From positions 1 through 29,935 of IMG/VR virus record IMGVR_UViG_3300044621_000066: DNA of 29,935 bases; one strand, 5' to 3'. The position numbers were made by a program, and so were the translations under genes. Below are positions 17,870-25,817 of the stretch, piece by piece. The stretch is from a virus. Its lineage: Duplodnaviria; Caudoviricetes. The notes beneath the pieces are model-generated. The model was not told the DNA's origin. It worked only from the letters and a program-made list of their open reading frames with translations, and searched no databases. Positions within the stretch are counted from its first letter, which is position 1. Every line of letters begins with the position of its first letter.

Positions 17870-17911
17870 GACTACTGGATTATTTATTTACAATTTTAAT
17901 TTTAATAATGT

Positions 17912-18346
17912 ATGGAAAACAAGATTGACAAAGTAAAAGAAGTAATAGAAAAAGACGGATTAATAACTAAATCCAGATACAGAACTTTTTTAGATAGACG
18001 TAGCTACTTATACGCGATGCTAAATAAAAACGGAATGTCTTTAGTAGAAATAGGAAGACTGTTCAATAAGAATCACGCTACTATAATCAACGGAATAAAG
18101 AAGCATCACGCTTACACACGATTCAAAGACGAATTGTATTTACACAACGTAAAAGAATATCGTGAAATATTCTACGAACCAAAGAAGATTCACGTTGATT
18201 TGATAGAAAAAGACGAAAAGAAATACAACGGCTCTCAGTTAATCACCGATATTTTAGAGTGTAAAAACACTACTGAACTACAGGATATAAAGCGCAAATT
18301 GTTAAACGAAGAATATTTATTTACTGAAGCAACTTATTATAAGTAA
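17912..18346 (+). CDS. DnaA C-terminal-like (TrpR-fold HTH) DNA-binding protein
   Basis: SLVEIGRLFNKNHATIINGIKK resembles DnaA domain IV SLxxIGxxFxxRDHTTV. Confidence 0.7.
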   Translation: MENKIDKVKEVIEKDGLITKSRYRTFLDRRSYLYAMLNKNGMSLVEIGRLFNKNHATIINGIKKHHAYTRFKDELYLHNVKEYREIFYEPKKIHVDLIEKDEKKYNGSQLITDILECKNTTELQDIKRKLLNEEYLFTEATYYK

Positions 18347-18353
18347 TTATCGT

Positions 18354-18361
18354 TATATTTG
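18354..18361 (+). promoter_or_regulatory. Bacteroidota -7 element TATATTTG upstream of structured leader RNA
   Basis: Intergenic consensus match; -33 element not evident. Confidence 0.6.
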
Positions 18362-18364
18362 CAG

Positions 18365-18456
18365 ACAGTCCCATCTCACATTATAGGACTTAAAGAAGTT
18401 ATTAGCCTTTTAAATGAATGCGAAGTGAGATGCGCAGGATTTTAAGAGGCTTTTTT
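18365..18456 (+). ncRNA. Candidate structured sRNA/attenuator: two hairpins with complementary loops, second is terminator-like
   Basis: AGTCC/GGACT stem with loop CATCTCAC; AGCCTTTTAAA/TTTAAGAGGCT and TGCG/CGCA stems with loop GTGAGATG; T6 tail. Confidence 0.7.
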
Positions 18457-18492
18457 ATGCACTAAAATTTTACTGGTTTTCTGAAAACCTTT

Positions 18493-18702
18493 ATGACCAA
18501 AATGGTAGAGTTAGTTTTTCACGGTTCTAAAAAAAATAGAACAACCGAAACACAATTGCGATGTTTTTGTAACACGAATAATGAAATTTTTATAGGTATT
18601 CAAGAATATGCTAGTCCTGAAATATGGATTACATTAGATAAGAATACAGCAATAAAATTCAGCAAAGAATTGCGTAAACAAATAGCATTGATTGAAAAAT
18701 GA
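18493..18702 (+). CDS. Hypothetical protein
   Basis: 69 aa ORF, ATGA-coupled to replication initiator. Confidence 0.65.
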   Translation: MTKMVELVFHGSKKNRTTETQLRCFCNTNNEIFIGIQEYASPEIWITLDKNTAIKFSKELRKQIALIEK

Positions 18703-19283
18703 GAAAGGGATTTAATTTTTATCGAAGCTATTGGGAAGTAGCTAACGAATTAAGCGATAAGGATAGACTTGCTTTTTACGATGCACTATTTGAAAAGCAA
18801 TTTAATAATTGTGAACCAAACCTAAATGGAATGGCAAAGTTTGCGTATCTATCTCAAAAACATTCTATTGACACTCAAATAAAAGGTTATTTTGACAAGA
18901 CTAAAGACGAAAAGTTTAACCCTTACCAAGACCCTTCGGTAGGGGGTTGGCAAGGGGGTTATGTAGCCCCTTCGGTACAAGAGAAAGAGGAAGAGAAAGG
19001 GAAAGGAGAAGATATATATAGAAAATTTGCGCATTTAAGTATATCTGTAAATGAGTTCAATAAGTTAAGTTCTGAATATACTAAACAACAAATAGATGAT
19101 ATTTTAGACCAAATTGAAAATTATCGTAAAAATAAAGATTATACTTCTTTATATTTGACTGCTAAAAAATGGCTAAAGAAAAACGAACCTAAACAACCTT
19201 CCGAAATTAATTATGAAGACTTAGACCCATTGGTAAAAAAAGCTATTGAATTAGGATACGAAAAAGACCCACGAAAATGCTAA
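18699..19283 (+). CDS. Putative replication initiator (DUF6291-like N-terminus)
   Basis: FNFYRSYWEVANELSDKDR..YDALF N-terminus, repeat-encoded linker, KEEEKGKGED tract, helical C-domain; precedes helicase. Confidence 0.7.
   Translation: MRKGFNFYRSYWEVANELSDKDRLAFYDALFEKQFNNCEPNLNGMAKFAYLSQKHSIDTQIKGYFDKTKDEKFNPYQDPSVGGWQGGYVAPSVQEKEEEKGKGEDIYRKFAHLSISVNEFNKLSSEYTKQQIDDILDQIENYRKNKDYTSLYLTAKKWLKKNEPKQPSEINYEDLDPLVKKAIELGYEKDPRKC
18918..19012. repeat. Putative origin: five 12 bp iteron-like units plus 34 nt polypurine tract
   Basis: AACCCTTACCAA GACCCTTCGGTA GGGGGTTGGCAA GGGGGTTATGTA GCCCCTTCGGTA, then purines only at 18979-19012. Confidence 0.6.
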
Positions 19284-20224
19284 ACAATAAAGGACAACAC
19301 TTACAATACTTAATTGACTATAGAGAAGGAAAGATTAAGCAAGGATTAGGATTAGACTGCGCTATGGATAACTATCTACGCTACAAACCTAAACAACTAA
19401 ATATTATTTTAGGACACGACAATGTCGGTAAGTCGTATTGGATTAATTGGTACTTCCTTTCATTGGCGCTAAAACACGGAATAACATTTTGTATGTGGAG
19501 CGGTGAGAATCAATATGGTCAAATACTGCGCGATATGGTTCAAATCTATACAGGAAGAAAATTTAAGGAATTATCAGTTAGTGAAATTCAAAATCATTCG
19601 GCATACTTAGAACAGTATTTTGATTTTGTAGACAATTCAAAGCTGTATAAACCTGAAGATTTGTTTAAGATATTTCGTGAAAGTGATGCACACGTATGCT
19701 TAATTGACCCTTATACTGGTTTAGATAGGCAGATGGGTTATGAAGGTAACTACCAATTTTTAAATTCTGCGCGTCAATTTGTCAATGAAACAGGTAAAAC
19801 TCTTTACATAAACACGCATCCAAATACTGAAAGCGGTAGAAGTGGCAACTTATATACTGACAATCATATGTGGAAAGGACACTTAAAGCCACCAATGAAA
19901 GACCATATTGAAGGTGGTAAGTCTTTTTTGAATAGATGTGACGATATGTTTGTAATTCATCGATTAGTAAAACACGAAACAATGAAATATGTAACTTTGG
20001 TAAGTGTGGAGAAAGTAAAAGATACAGATACAGGAGGTCAGATAAGCGGAATAGACGATTTTGTTATGTGTGATTTTAATTCCGGATTAGGTTTTACTAT
20101 TGCAAGTGTTGACCCATTGAAGAACCTAAGACCTAAACCACCTACTCAAACACGAATTATAGAAACTGACGGATTAATGTCAACAAGTGAAAAACTAAAA
20201 TTAAAAAATAACTTACCCTTTTAA
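19277..20224 (+). CDS. DnaB-like (SF4) replicative helicase
   Basis: Walker A GHDNVGKS, WSGEN, Walker B CLIDPY, HP and VEKVK motifs. Confidence 0.8.
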   Translation: MLNNKGQHLQYLIDYREGKIKQGLGLDCAMDNYLRYKPKQLNIILGHDNVGKSYWINWYFLSLALKHGITFCMWSGENQYGQILRDMVQIYTGRKFKELSVSEIQNHSAYLEQYFDFVDNSKLYKPEDLFKIFRESDAHVCLIDPYTGLDRQMGYEGNYQFLNSARQFVNETGKTLYINTHPNTESGRSGNLYTDNHMWKGHLKPPMKDHIEGGKSFLNRCDDMFVIHRLVKHETMKYVTLVSVEKVKDTDTGGQISGIDDFVMCDFNSGLGFTIASVDPLKNLRPKPPTQTRIIETDGLMSTSEKLKLKNNLPF

Positions 20225-20226
20225 CT

Positions 20227-20520
20227 ATGGAAGATTTAATACTACTAAAAACAAGTGTTCAAATAGGAGCATTACACGCTAAAATAAGCCTATCATTAGA
20301 CGAAATAAAACAAAACCACCCTAATAGAAAAGACTTAATAGACTCTATGTCTCAAAGTTTAAAAGACGTTAAAGAAATACATCGTATTTTCTTAGACTTA
20401 GAAAACGAATATAGGATTGCTAACAAAAGTTTATTTAGGTTAGAACTTATAAACCTTGACTTAAAAAATCAGGTTATAGACTTAAAAAAGCAAATTAATT
20501 TTAAAGATATAACCTTATAA
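20227..20520 (+). CDS. Hypothetical coiled-coil protein
   Basis: 97 aa Leu/Lys-rich ORF. Confidence 0.7.
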   Translation: MEDLILLKTSVQIGALHAKISLSLDEIKQNHPNRKDLIDSMSQSLKDVKEIHRIFLDLENEYRIANKSLFRLELINLDLKNQVIDLKKQINFKDITL

Positions 20521-20521
20521 A

Positions 20522-21043
20522 ATGAGATGCCGTAACTGCAAAGAGAAGTTTGAACCTGTGCGCTTCAATCAAAAGTACTGTTTCAATAAAATGTGTGTTG
20601 ATGCGTGGGTACAAGAAGCAAAGGTTAAGGATTGGAAAAAGACGAAAGCTAAAATGAAAGCTGAACTTATGACCCTACAAGACTACATTAAATTAGCACA
20701 AATAACCTTTAACAAATACATTAGACTACGAGATAAAGGGAACGTCTGCATAAGCTGTCAAAAGCCACCAAAAAAAGAGAATGCTGGGCATTTCTATAAT
20801 GCTAACAATCACTATAACGTAAGGTTTGACGAAAACAACGTACATCTTCAATGCGAACATTGTAACACGTTCCTTTCGGGCAATTTAATTAATTATCGTG
20901 AAAACCTATTAAAAAAGATAGGCGAAGGTGAATTTCAGTTATTAGAAGCTGAAGCTAAGAAAACACGAAAGTTCACAAAAGAAGAACTAAAAGAAATAAT
21001 AGAAACATACAAAAAAAAGATAAAAGAATATGAAGCACAATAG
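20522..21043 (+). CDS. ninG: NinG/Rap-like recombination endonuclease
   Basis: CxxC..F.P....QKYC...C; FNKYIRLRD...CISC; AGH; RFDENNVHLQCEHCN..LSGN. Confidence 0.88.
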   Translation: MRCRNCKEKFEPVRFNQKYCFNKMCVDAWVQEAKVKDWKKTKAKMKAELMTLQDYIKLAQITFNKYIRLRDKGNVCISCQKPPKKENAGHFYNANNHYNVRFDENNVHLQCEHCNTFLSGNLINYRENLLKKIGEGEFQLLEAEAKKTRKFTKEELKEIIETYKKKIKEYEAQ

Positions 21044-21374
21044 CGACTTTAAATACGATTTAGAAATAGGGTTATCCTACGAAACTGCATTATATGAATT
21101 ACTCGGAAAAAAGGTAGAAGTAAAACGCGACTTTCAATGTTTAAAAAGTGGTAACATATTCGTAGAATACGAAAGCCGAAATAAGCCTTCAGGAATAGCT
21201 ACAAGCGAAGCAGACTACTATTGTTATTGGTTAAGTGAAAAGCACTTTGTAATGGTAGAAAAAGACGAATTAAGAAGGCTTTGCCGTAAATATCTTAAAT
21301 CTACTCGTGATGTATATGGCGGTGACGCAAACACAAGTAAAGGAATTTTATTTCCATTGAATGATTTTTTCTAA
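21030..21374 (+). CDS. Hypothetical PD-(D/E)xK nuclease-like protein
   Basis: KVEVKRD...SGNIFVEY...PSGIATSEADY pattern. Confidence 0.55.
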   Translation: MKHNSDFKYDLEIGLSYETALYELLGKKVEVKRDFQCLKSGNIFVEYESRNKPSGIATSEADYYCYWLSEKHFVMVEKDELRRLCRKYLKSTRDVYGGDANTSKGILFPLNDFF

Positions 21375-21381
21375 AAATAGA

Positions 21382-21410
21382 TTGCGATATAAAAATAATA
21401 CTTATATTTG
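21382..21410 (+). promoter_or_regulatory. Bacteroidota-type promoter TTG-N18-TATATTTG for recombination operon
   Basis: Consensus match, same spacing as 16114-16142. Confidence 0.7.
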
Positions 21411-21433
21411 CTTATAATTTTAATTTTACACCT

Positions 21434-21970
21434 ATGAAAAATTTGTTTAAATCGTTGGCTGAGTTCCAACAAGAAGTACCTGTAATTCACAAGGCGACAC
21501 AAGGTTATGGTTATTCTTATGCTGATTTGCCTAAAATCTTCGAAGTGATTAATCCACTACTACAAAAACACGGATTAGGATTCACTCAAACCCTAAACAC
21601 TAAAGAAGGTATTACTTACCTATGTACAACAGTATTCCACGTAGAAAGTGGAGAATGTTTAGATTCAATGGTTGAGATTCCTAAAGTACAACTGGCAAAA
21701 ATGAATGATTATCAGTCGTTTGGTAGTGGTTGTACTTACTATCGTAGGTACTCCATTAGCAGTATGTTATGTTTAGTTACGGACATAGATTCAGATGCTT
21801 CAGGTGAACAAGTAAAAGACGAACAACCTAAAGCGAAGAAAGCAAAGATTGATAACTCACGTTTTAACAAAGCTATCGAAGCAATTAAGAACGGAGAATA
21901 TCAAATAGAAAAGCTAATTGAAACTTTTGATTTAGATGCGTCACAACTTAAACAAATTACTGAGTTATGA
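21434..21970 (+). CDS. erf: ERF-family ssDNA annealing protein
   Basis: YSYADL...PLLQKHGLGFTQ...HVESGE...QSFGSGCTYYRRYS...DSDA signature. Confidence 0.88.
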   Translation: MKNLFKSLAEFQQEVPVIHKATQGYGYSYADLPKIFEVINPLLQKHGLGFTQTLNTKEGITYLCTTVFHVESGECLDSMVEIPKVQLAKMNDYQSFGSGCTYYRRYSISSMLCLVTDIDSDASGEQVKDEQPKAKKAKIDNSRFNKAIEAIKNGEYQIEKLIETFDLDASQLKQITEL

Positions 21971-22638
21971 AGATACGTTGTTCACAAATCGGAAAACTTA
22001 TGGCTACTCCACGAACCAAAGGGGAGAGCCTATCGCAAACAGCTAAGACTTATATTCAGGAATTAGTATTAGAACACAAATACGGAATTAAGAAAGAGTT
22101 TTGGTCACGTTACACAGACAAAGGAAACCAAGTAGAAGACGATGCTATTAGTTTTGTCAACGATGTTTTAGATTTAGGCTTTATTTACAAGAATGAAGAA
22201 CGCTTCGAGAATGACTTTATAAGCGGTGTGCCTGACGTAAACACGAATGAAATACTTTTAGACGTTAAATCTTCTTGGGATGCTACTACGTTCCCGTTCT
22301 TTGATACTGAAATTCCTAACAAAGACTACTACTACCAGCTTCAAGGTTATATGTGGTTAATAGGAAAAACTGAATCGTTACTTTGTTATTGCTTAATGAA
22401 CACACCTTTCGAGATAGTAGAAGACGAAGTAAGAAGAGAACATTGGAAACAGCATAAGATAGACGAAGATTTAGATATTAGGGACTTTGTACAAAAGAAG
22501 CATAACTTCGACCACATTCCTAACGAAAGACGAATCAAAGTATTTAAAGTAGAGCGTGACGAAACAGTAATATGGCAAATACAAGAAAAGATAGAGTTAG
22601 CACGAGATTACTATAACAACTTATTTAATACGATATGA
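21967..22638 (+). CDS. YqaJ/lambda-exonuclease-like nuclease
   Basis: RCSQIG, KGNQVE, GVPD, LDVKS, YYYQLQGYMWL motifs; adjacent to ERF. Confidence 0.8.
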   Translation: MKIRCSQIGKLMATPRTKGESLSQTAKTYIQELVLEHKYGIKKEFWSRYTDKGNQVEDDAISFVNDVLDLGFIYKNEERFENDFISGVPDVNTNEILLDVKSSWDATTFPFFDTEIPNKDYYYQLQGYMWLIGKTESLLCYCLMNTPFEIVEDEVRREHWKQHKIDEDLDIRDFVQKKHNFDHIPNERRIKVFKVERDETVIWQIQEKIELARDYYNNLFNTI

Positions 22639-22871
22639 AACAGACAGCAGTAGAATGGTTGCAAGATACTTGGTTAAATTATCCTGACTTATGTAGTTAT
22701 GATAAAATACAAGAATGGTTTAAACAAGCCAAAGAAATGGAGAAAAACAATATTGATAATAAAGTAATTCATTTTGCAGAATGGTTAACTAAAAAGCATA
22801 CAACTACATTAATCACTCTTTATGAACACTTTGAAGAACAATACTACAACGAAACCTTTAAATCAGAATAA
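22635..22871 (+). CDS. Hypothetical mini-protein, MKQTAVE...AKEMEK...EQYYNETFKSE family, copy 2
   Basis: Shares three identical DNA blocks with 17443-17676. Confidence 0.75.
   Translation: MKQTAVEWLQDTWLNYPDLCSYDKIQEWFKQAKEMEKNNIDNKVIHFAEWLTKKHTTTLITLYEHFEEQYYNETFKSE
22835..22870 (+). repeat. 36 bp perfect direct repeat, copy 2
   Basis: Identical to 17640-17675. Confidence 0.95.
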
Positions 22872-22872
22872 G

Positions 22873-23061
22873 ATGCAAAAAGACGAAATAGTGGAATCAG
22901 TAATAAACGAATTTAGAGCGCGTTCAGAGCGTGGAATAAAGAAATATGGAACTACCTTACAAGAAAACGAATTAAGTCAATTAGAATGGCTTAAACACCT
23001 ACAGGAAGAACTTATGGATGCAGTTCTATATTTAGAAAAAGTAAAACAAATAAATAAATAA
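22873..23061 (+). CDS. Small all-alpha NTP-pyrophosphatase-like (MazG-like) protein (likely start 22873)
   Basis: RSERGIKKYGTTL...WLKHLQEELMDAVLYLEK with EExxD motif. Confidence 0.55.
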   Translation: MQKDEIVESVINEFRARSERGIKKYGTTLQENELSQLEWLKHLQEELMDAVLYLEKVKQINK

Positions 23062-23063
23062 AA

Positions 23064-23312
23064 ATGGAAACAAAAGTAAACGGAGGAGCAATCTTCAAAA
23101 ACGAGAAAAAGGCGGACACGCACCCAGACTACAAAGGAACTATTAACGTAGATGGTCAAGAAAAAGAGATAGCGTTATGGGTTAAGCAAAGCGCAAAAGG
23201 AACAACTTACTTTTCGGTAAAGATTTCAGAGCCTTACAAAAAGGCGGAAGAACCTACGCAAGGTAAATGGATTAAACCTGAACAAGTAATAAACAAAGAC
23301 CTTCCCTTTTAG
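23064..23312 (+). CDS. SSB-like protein (DUF736-like)
   Basis: IFKN.K...HPDYKG...IALW OB-fold-like pattern, C-terminal DLPF tail; in recombination operon. Confidence 0.7.
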   Translation: METKVNGGAIFKNEKKADTHPDYKGTINVDGQEKEIALWVKQSAKGTTYFSVKISEPYKKAEEPTQGKWIKPEQVINKDLPF

Positions 23313-23314
23313 TT

Positions 23315-23539
23315 ATGTACATTGATGACTACACTCTACGAAGGTTACTTCAGGAGTTACTACGTAGAAAAACACGAAACCAAATAGTACAAGAAATAAA
23401 GTTAAAAGGTGAAAAGTTCCACCAATACAACTTAGATAAATTCTTAGAAGGAAAAGACGTAAGCTTATCCACCTTACAAAAGATAGATAAGTACGTTTGT
23501 AGACAATACTACCAAGACGGAAGAAGCCCACTTTTATAG
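23315..23539 (+). CDS. Putative HTH-like DNA-binding protein
   Basis: LDKFLEGKDVSLSTLQKIDKY resembles the C-terminal half of an XRE HTH. Confidence 0.5.
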   Translation: MYIDDYTLRRLLQELLRRKTRNQIVQEIKLKGEKFHQYNLDKFLEGKDVSLSTLQKIDKYVCRQYYQDGRSPLL

Positions 23540-23551
23540 TGGGTTTTTTTT
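23525..23551 (+). terminator. Rho-independent terminator
   Basis: AGCCCACT-TTTAT-AGTGGGTT hairpin followed by T run. Confidence 0.85.
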
Positions 23552-23577
23552 GTATTTAAAAAATATGATTATATTTA
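23550..23577 (+). promoter_or_regulatory. Possible weaker host-type promoter TTG-N17-TATATTTA for the sigma operon
   Basis: One mismatch to TAnnTTTG; directly after terminator and before GTG 23582. Confidence 0.4.
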
Positions 23578-23581
23578 CATC

Positions 23582-23836
23582 GTGGAATTGATTAGTTTAT
23601 TAGCATTGAGTTGGTGGTTTACGGCATTTGAGCCTATCCAAGTCCTTATTGACAAGTCTTTTGAGCGTTTACCCATTACTCCTTTAACGATGTATTTGCA
23701 TAGTGCATTCGGGTGCTGGAAGTGTGTATCGTTTTGGACTACGTTATTAGCTACGCATAATCTATTCTACGCTTGTATAGTTTCATTAACAGCTTATATA
23801 ATATCGGAATGTTTACAGACTCTGACACGGCATTAA
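23582..23836 (+). CDS. Small membrane protein (DUF1360-like CxxCxSFW)
   Basis: Hydrophobic 84 aa with GCWKCVSFW. Confidence 0.6.
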   Translation: MELISLLALSWWFTAFEPIQVLIDKSFERLPITPLTMYLHSAFGCWKCVSFWTTLLATHNLFYACIVSLTAYIISECLQTLTRH

Positions 23837-24012
23837 TAAACGAGATTCACGCACTCGACGAAACCAAAAGATACGCAAAGACGAATCTAATTAAGCTACG
23901 CACCATAAAAGAAAGAATAACCGGAATAAAAGACAAGGAATGTTTTTGTCAATCGGTAAGGCGTAGAGTATGGTATACTGATTTTAGGACTTGGTATGAA
24001 AGCCGTTCTTGA
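23809..24012 (+). CDS. Hypothetical Cys-containing protein (likely start 23809)
   Basis: MFTDSD...ECFCQ; ATG start within the track ORF 23773-24012. Confidence 0.6.
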   Translation: MFTDSDTALINEIHALDETKRYAKTNLIKLRTIKERITGIKDKECFCQSVRRRVWYTDFRTWYESRS

Positions 24013-24529
24013 CAAGTACATACAATGTAATTACGACGAGGTAAGAAGATACACAAACTACTTCCTCGTAAGAATGAACAGCCATATAGACGCGGACACA
24101 GTTATCAACAACTCTTATTTACACGTTCTAAGCATAAACGACGATACTGCTTGTGAGGAAAAAGTAAAATCTTACCTTCTAAACACAATCAAATGCCAGG
24201 TTTTATGGTCTACAAGTCAGTCAAACAATGACGATAGAGTAACGGCAATCGAAGAAGGAAAACAACAGGACTGCGAAAACACGGATTTAGAATGGAAAAT
24301 TCAGTTAGAAGAGCAGTACATATTAAAAAAATCTATCATAGAGATATATCGAAATAGTATAAACGATAGAATTAAGCAAATTATCTTCGAAGCATATTAC
24401 GACAAAGGCTTAACTACTCAGAAGGAACTAAGTCAGTACTTCAATATCTCAATGACTGCTGCTCATTTCTTAATCAAAGAGATAAAACAAGGCATAAAAG
24501 AAATTCAATATAGTTATGACACACGCTAA
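23996..24529 (+). CDS. Sigma-70/ECF-like sigma factor (putative late-gene activator)
   Basis: 177 aa; region-2-like DADTVINNSYL...KSYLLNTIK and region-4 HTH IFEAYYDKGLTTQKELSQYFNISMTAAH. Confidence 0.72.
   Translation: MKAVLDKYIQCNYDEVRRYTNYFLVRMNSHIDADTVINNSYLHVLSINDDTACEEKVKSYLLNTIKCQVLWSTSQSNNDDRVTAIEEGKQQDCENTDLEWKIQLEEQYILKKSIIEIYRNSINDRIKQIIFEAYYDKGLTTQKELSQYFNISMTAAHFLIKEIKQGIKEIQYSYDTR
24486..24514 (+). promoter_or_regulatory. Putative late promoter AACA-N17-AATATAGT inside the 3' end of the sigma gene
   Basis: Bipartite motif, ends 1 nt before ATG 24516; heads the operon leading to terS/terL. Confidence 0.65.
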
Positions 24530-24686
24530 TTTACTTGCAACACTTGCTTTTTTTACTGCCGTCTTTGGTGGTTTTGCTTTAATGCTTAATCATATGGAGT
24601 TATTCCGTGTTTTTGGAGGGTTATTTATAGTGTTGTGGTGTTTATTTAAATTAGCATTAGAATTAGAGAATTATGAAAAGGATTAA
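24516..24686 (+). CDS. Small two-TM membrane protein, 56 aa (not in ORF track)
   Basis: MTHANLLATLAFFTAVFGGFALML...VFGGLFIVLWCLFKLALE; fills the gap. Confidence 0.65.
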   Translation: MTHANLLATLAFFTAVFGGFALMLNHMELFRVFGGLFIVLWCLFKLALELENYEKD

Positions 24687-24915
24687 ATTAGAATACATAG
24701 ATAAAACTATCGTACAAAAAGACGGAATCTTAGGAAACCGCAAAATAGTAGTAGCTACTATAGACCCTACTAAATATTCTTATTACGTTTCTATTGGACT
24801 TGGTTATCTTTTCGAAGATGCTACGATAAAATATGTAGGCATAGAACAAGAAACGCCTGTAGAAGAAGTTAAACCTATAAAAACACGAAGAAGAAATGCC
24901 AAGACCAAAAAGTGA
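24673..24915 (+). CDS. Hypothetical protein
   Basis: 80 aa ORF with basic tail. Confidence 0.65.
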   Translation: MKRIKLEYIDKTIVQKDGILGNRKIVVATIDPTKYSYYVSIGLGYLFEDATIKYVGIEQETPVEEVKPIKTRRRNAKTKK

Positions 24916-25090
24916 CGAATCACGTAAAGAGTTTATGGAAAGATGTATGGCTGACCCTGAGTCGGTAAATACTTTCCCGGATGCAAGTCAAAGATACGCC
25001 GTATGTAATTCCGTTTGGACTACCGATAGAATGACATCAATGAGTAAGTTCTTAGATGCTAAAAAAGAAGACAATGAAAAAGCAAACTAA
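24896..25090 (+). CDS. Conserved-type small phage protein (PxPxxxE...FMxRCM...QRxAVC)
   Basis: Motif pattern commonly seen near phage head/packaging genes. Confidence 0.65.
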   Translation: MPRPKSDESRKEFMERCMADPESVNTFPDASQRYAVCNSVWTTDRMTSMSKFLDAKKEDNEKAN

Positions 25091-25202
25091 CGTAACGGCA
25101 CATCTTAGGAAAACACGAAAGAAAAGACCTAAGCAACACTCTAAAAGTTCAAAGTTAAAAACAAGCAAAAGATACATAAAACTAAATAGAGGTCAAGGAT
25201 GA
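25074..25202 (+). CDS. Small highly basic protein ending RGQG, 42 aa (not in ORF track)
   Basis: MKKQTNVTAHLRKTRKKRPKQHSKSSKLKTSKRYIKLNRGQG; ATGA-coupled to next ORF. Confidence 0.7.
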   Translation: MKKQTNVTAHLRKTRKKRPKQHSKSSKLKTSKRYIKLNRGQG

Positions 25203-25390
25203 GAAACGAAGATTTAAGGTTCTTTATTATAGACACCGGAGTAGATGTCCAAAACTATTGTCAATATGTATGCGACAAGCTACAAAAAGACGGACACCAC
25301 TACTTATTATATCTAAGTGACCAACCTAACCTCTTCTGCATAGAAGAAATAAACGAAGACGAATTTTTTAAACACGTAAAAAATGGCTAA
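25199..25390 (+). CDS. Hypothetical protein
   Basis: 63 aa ORF overlapping both neighbours. Confidence 0.65.
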   Translation: MRNEDLRFFIIDTGVDVQNYCQYVCDKLQKDGHHYLLYLSDQPNLFCIEEINEDEFFKHVKNG

Positions 25391-25817
25391 AGTAGGAAAA
25401 CCCCGAAACATAAATAGTCCTGAAGAACTATATAACCTATTTGAAGAGTATTCTAAAGACTGCAAAAGTAGAATAAGACGAATCCCAAAAGCAACAGTAA
25501 AAGGAGTAGTATACGAAGACCACATACCACCCCTTACAATAGACGGCTTTAAAACCTACTGCAATAAAAACAAACAAGATATAAACCGATATTGGTATAA
25601 TTTAGAGAATGCGTTTTCTGAGTATGTAACCATCGTTACGCGCATTAAGGAGGAAATAAGAAACGACCAAATCGAAGGAGCGATAGTCGGGCAGTATAAC
25701 AATAACATCGTCGCACGATTAAACGGACTAAAAGAAAATTCAGACGTAACGACAAACGGCAAAGACATAAGCGAGATTAAGATAAACATAATCACAAATG
25801 ACAATAAAGGAAGTTGA
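25383..25817 (+). CDS. terS: Terminase small subunit (P22 gp3-like)
   Basis: GKPR...SPEEL..LFEEY...PLTIDGF...GQYNNNIVARLNGL...DVTTNGK; upstream of terL. Confidence 0.8.
   Translation: MAKVGKPRNINSPEELYNLFEEYSKDCKSRIRRIPKATVKGVVYEDHIPPLTIDGFKTYCNKNKQDINRYWYNLENAFSEYVTIVTRIKEEIRNDQIEGAIVGQYNNNIVARLNGLKENSDVTTNGKDISEIKINIITNDNKGS

Noticed and set aside
17866-17928. 20 aa hydrophobic ORF (MRLLDYLFTILILIMYGKQD)
   Set aside because: ATGA-coupled but too short to support from sequence alone
19150-19157. Intragenic TATATTTG (also at 797-804)
   Set aside because: Inside coding regions without a properly spaced TTG element; likely chance in AT-rich DNA
17640-22870. 36 bp repeats as attL/attR of an integrated element
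   Set aside because: No integrase recognised, and the enclosed genes are the phage's own replication module
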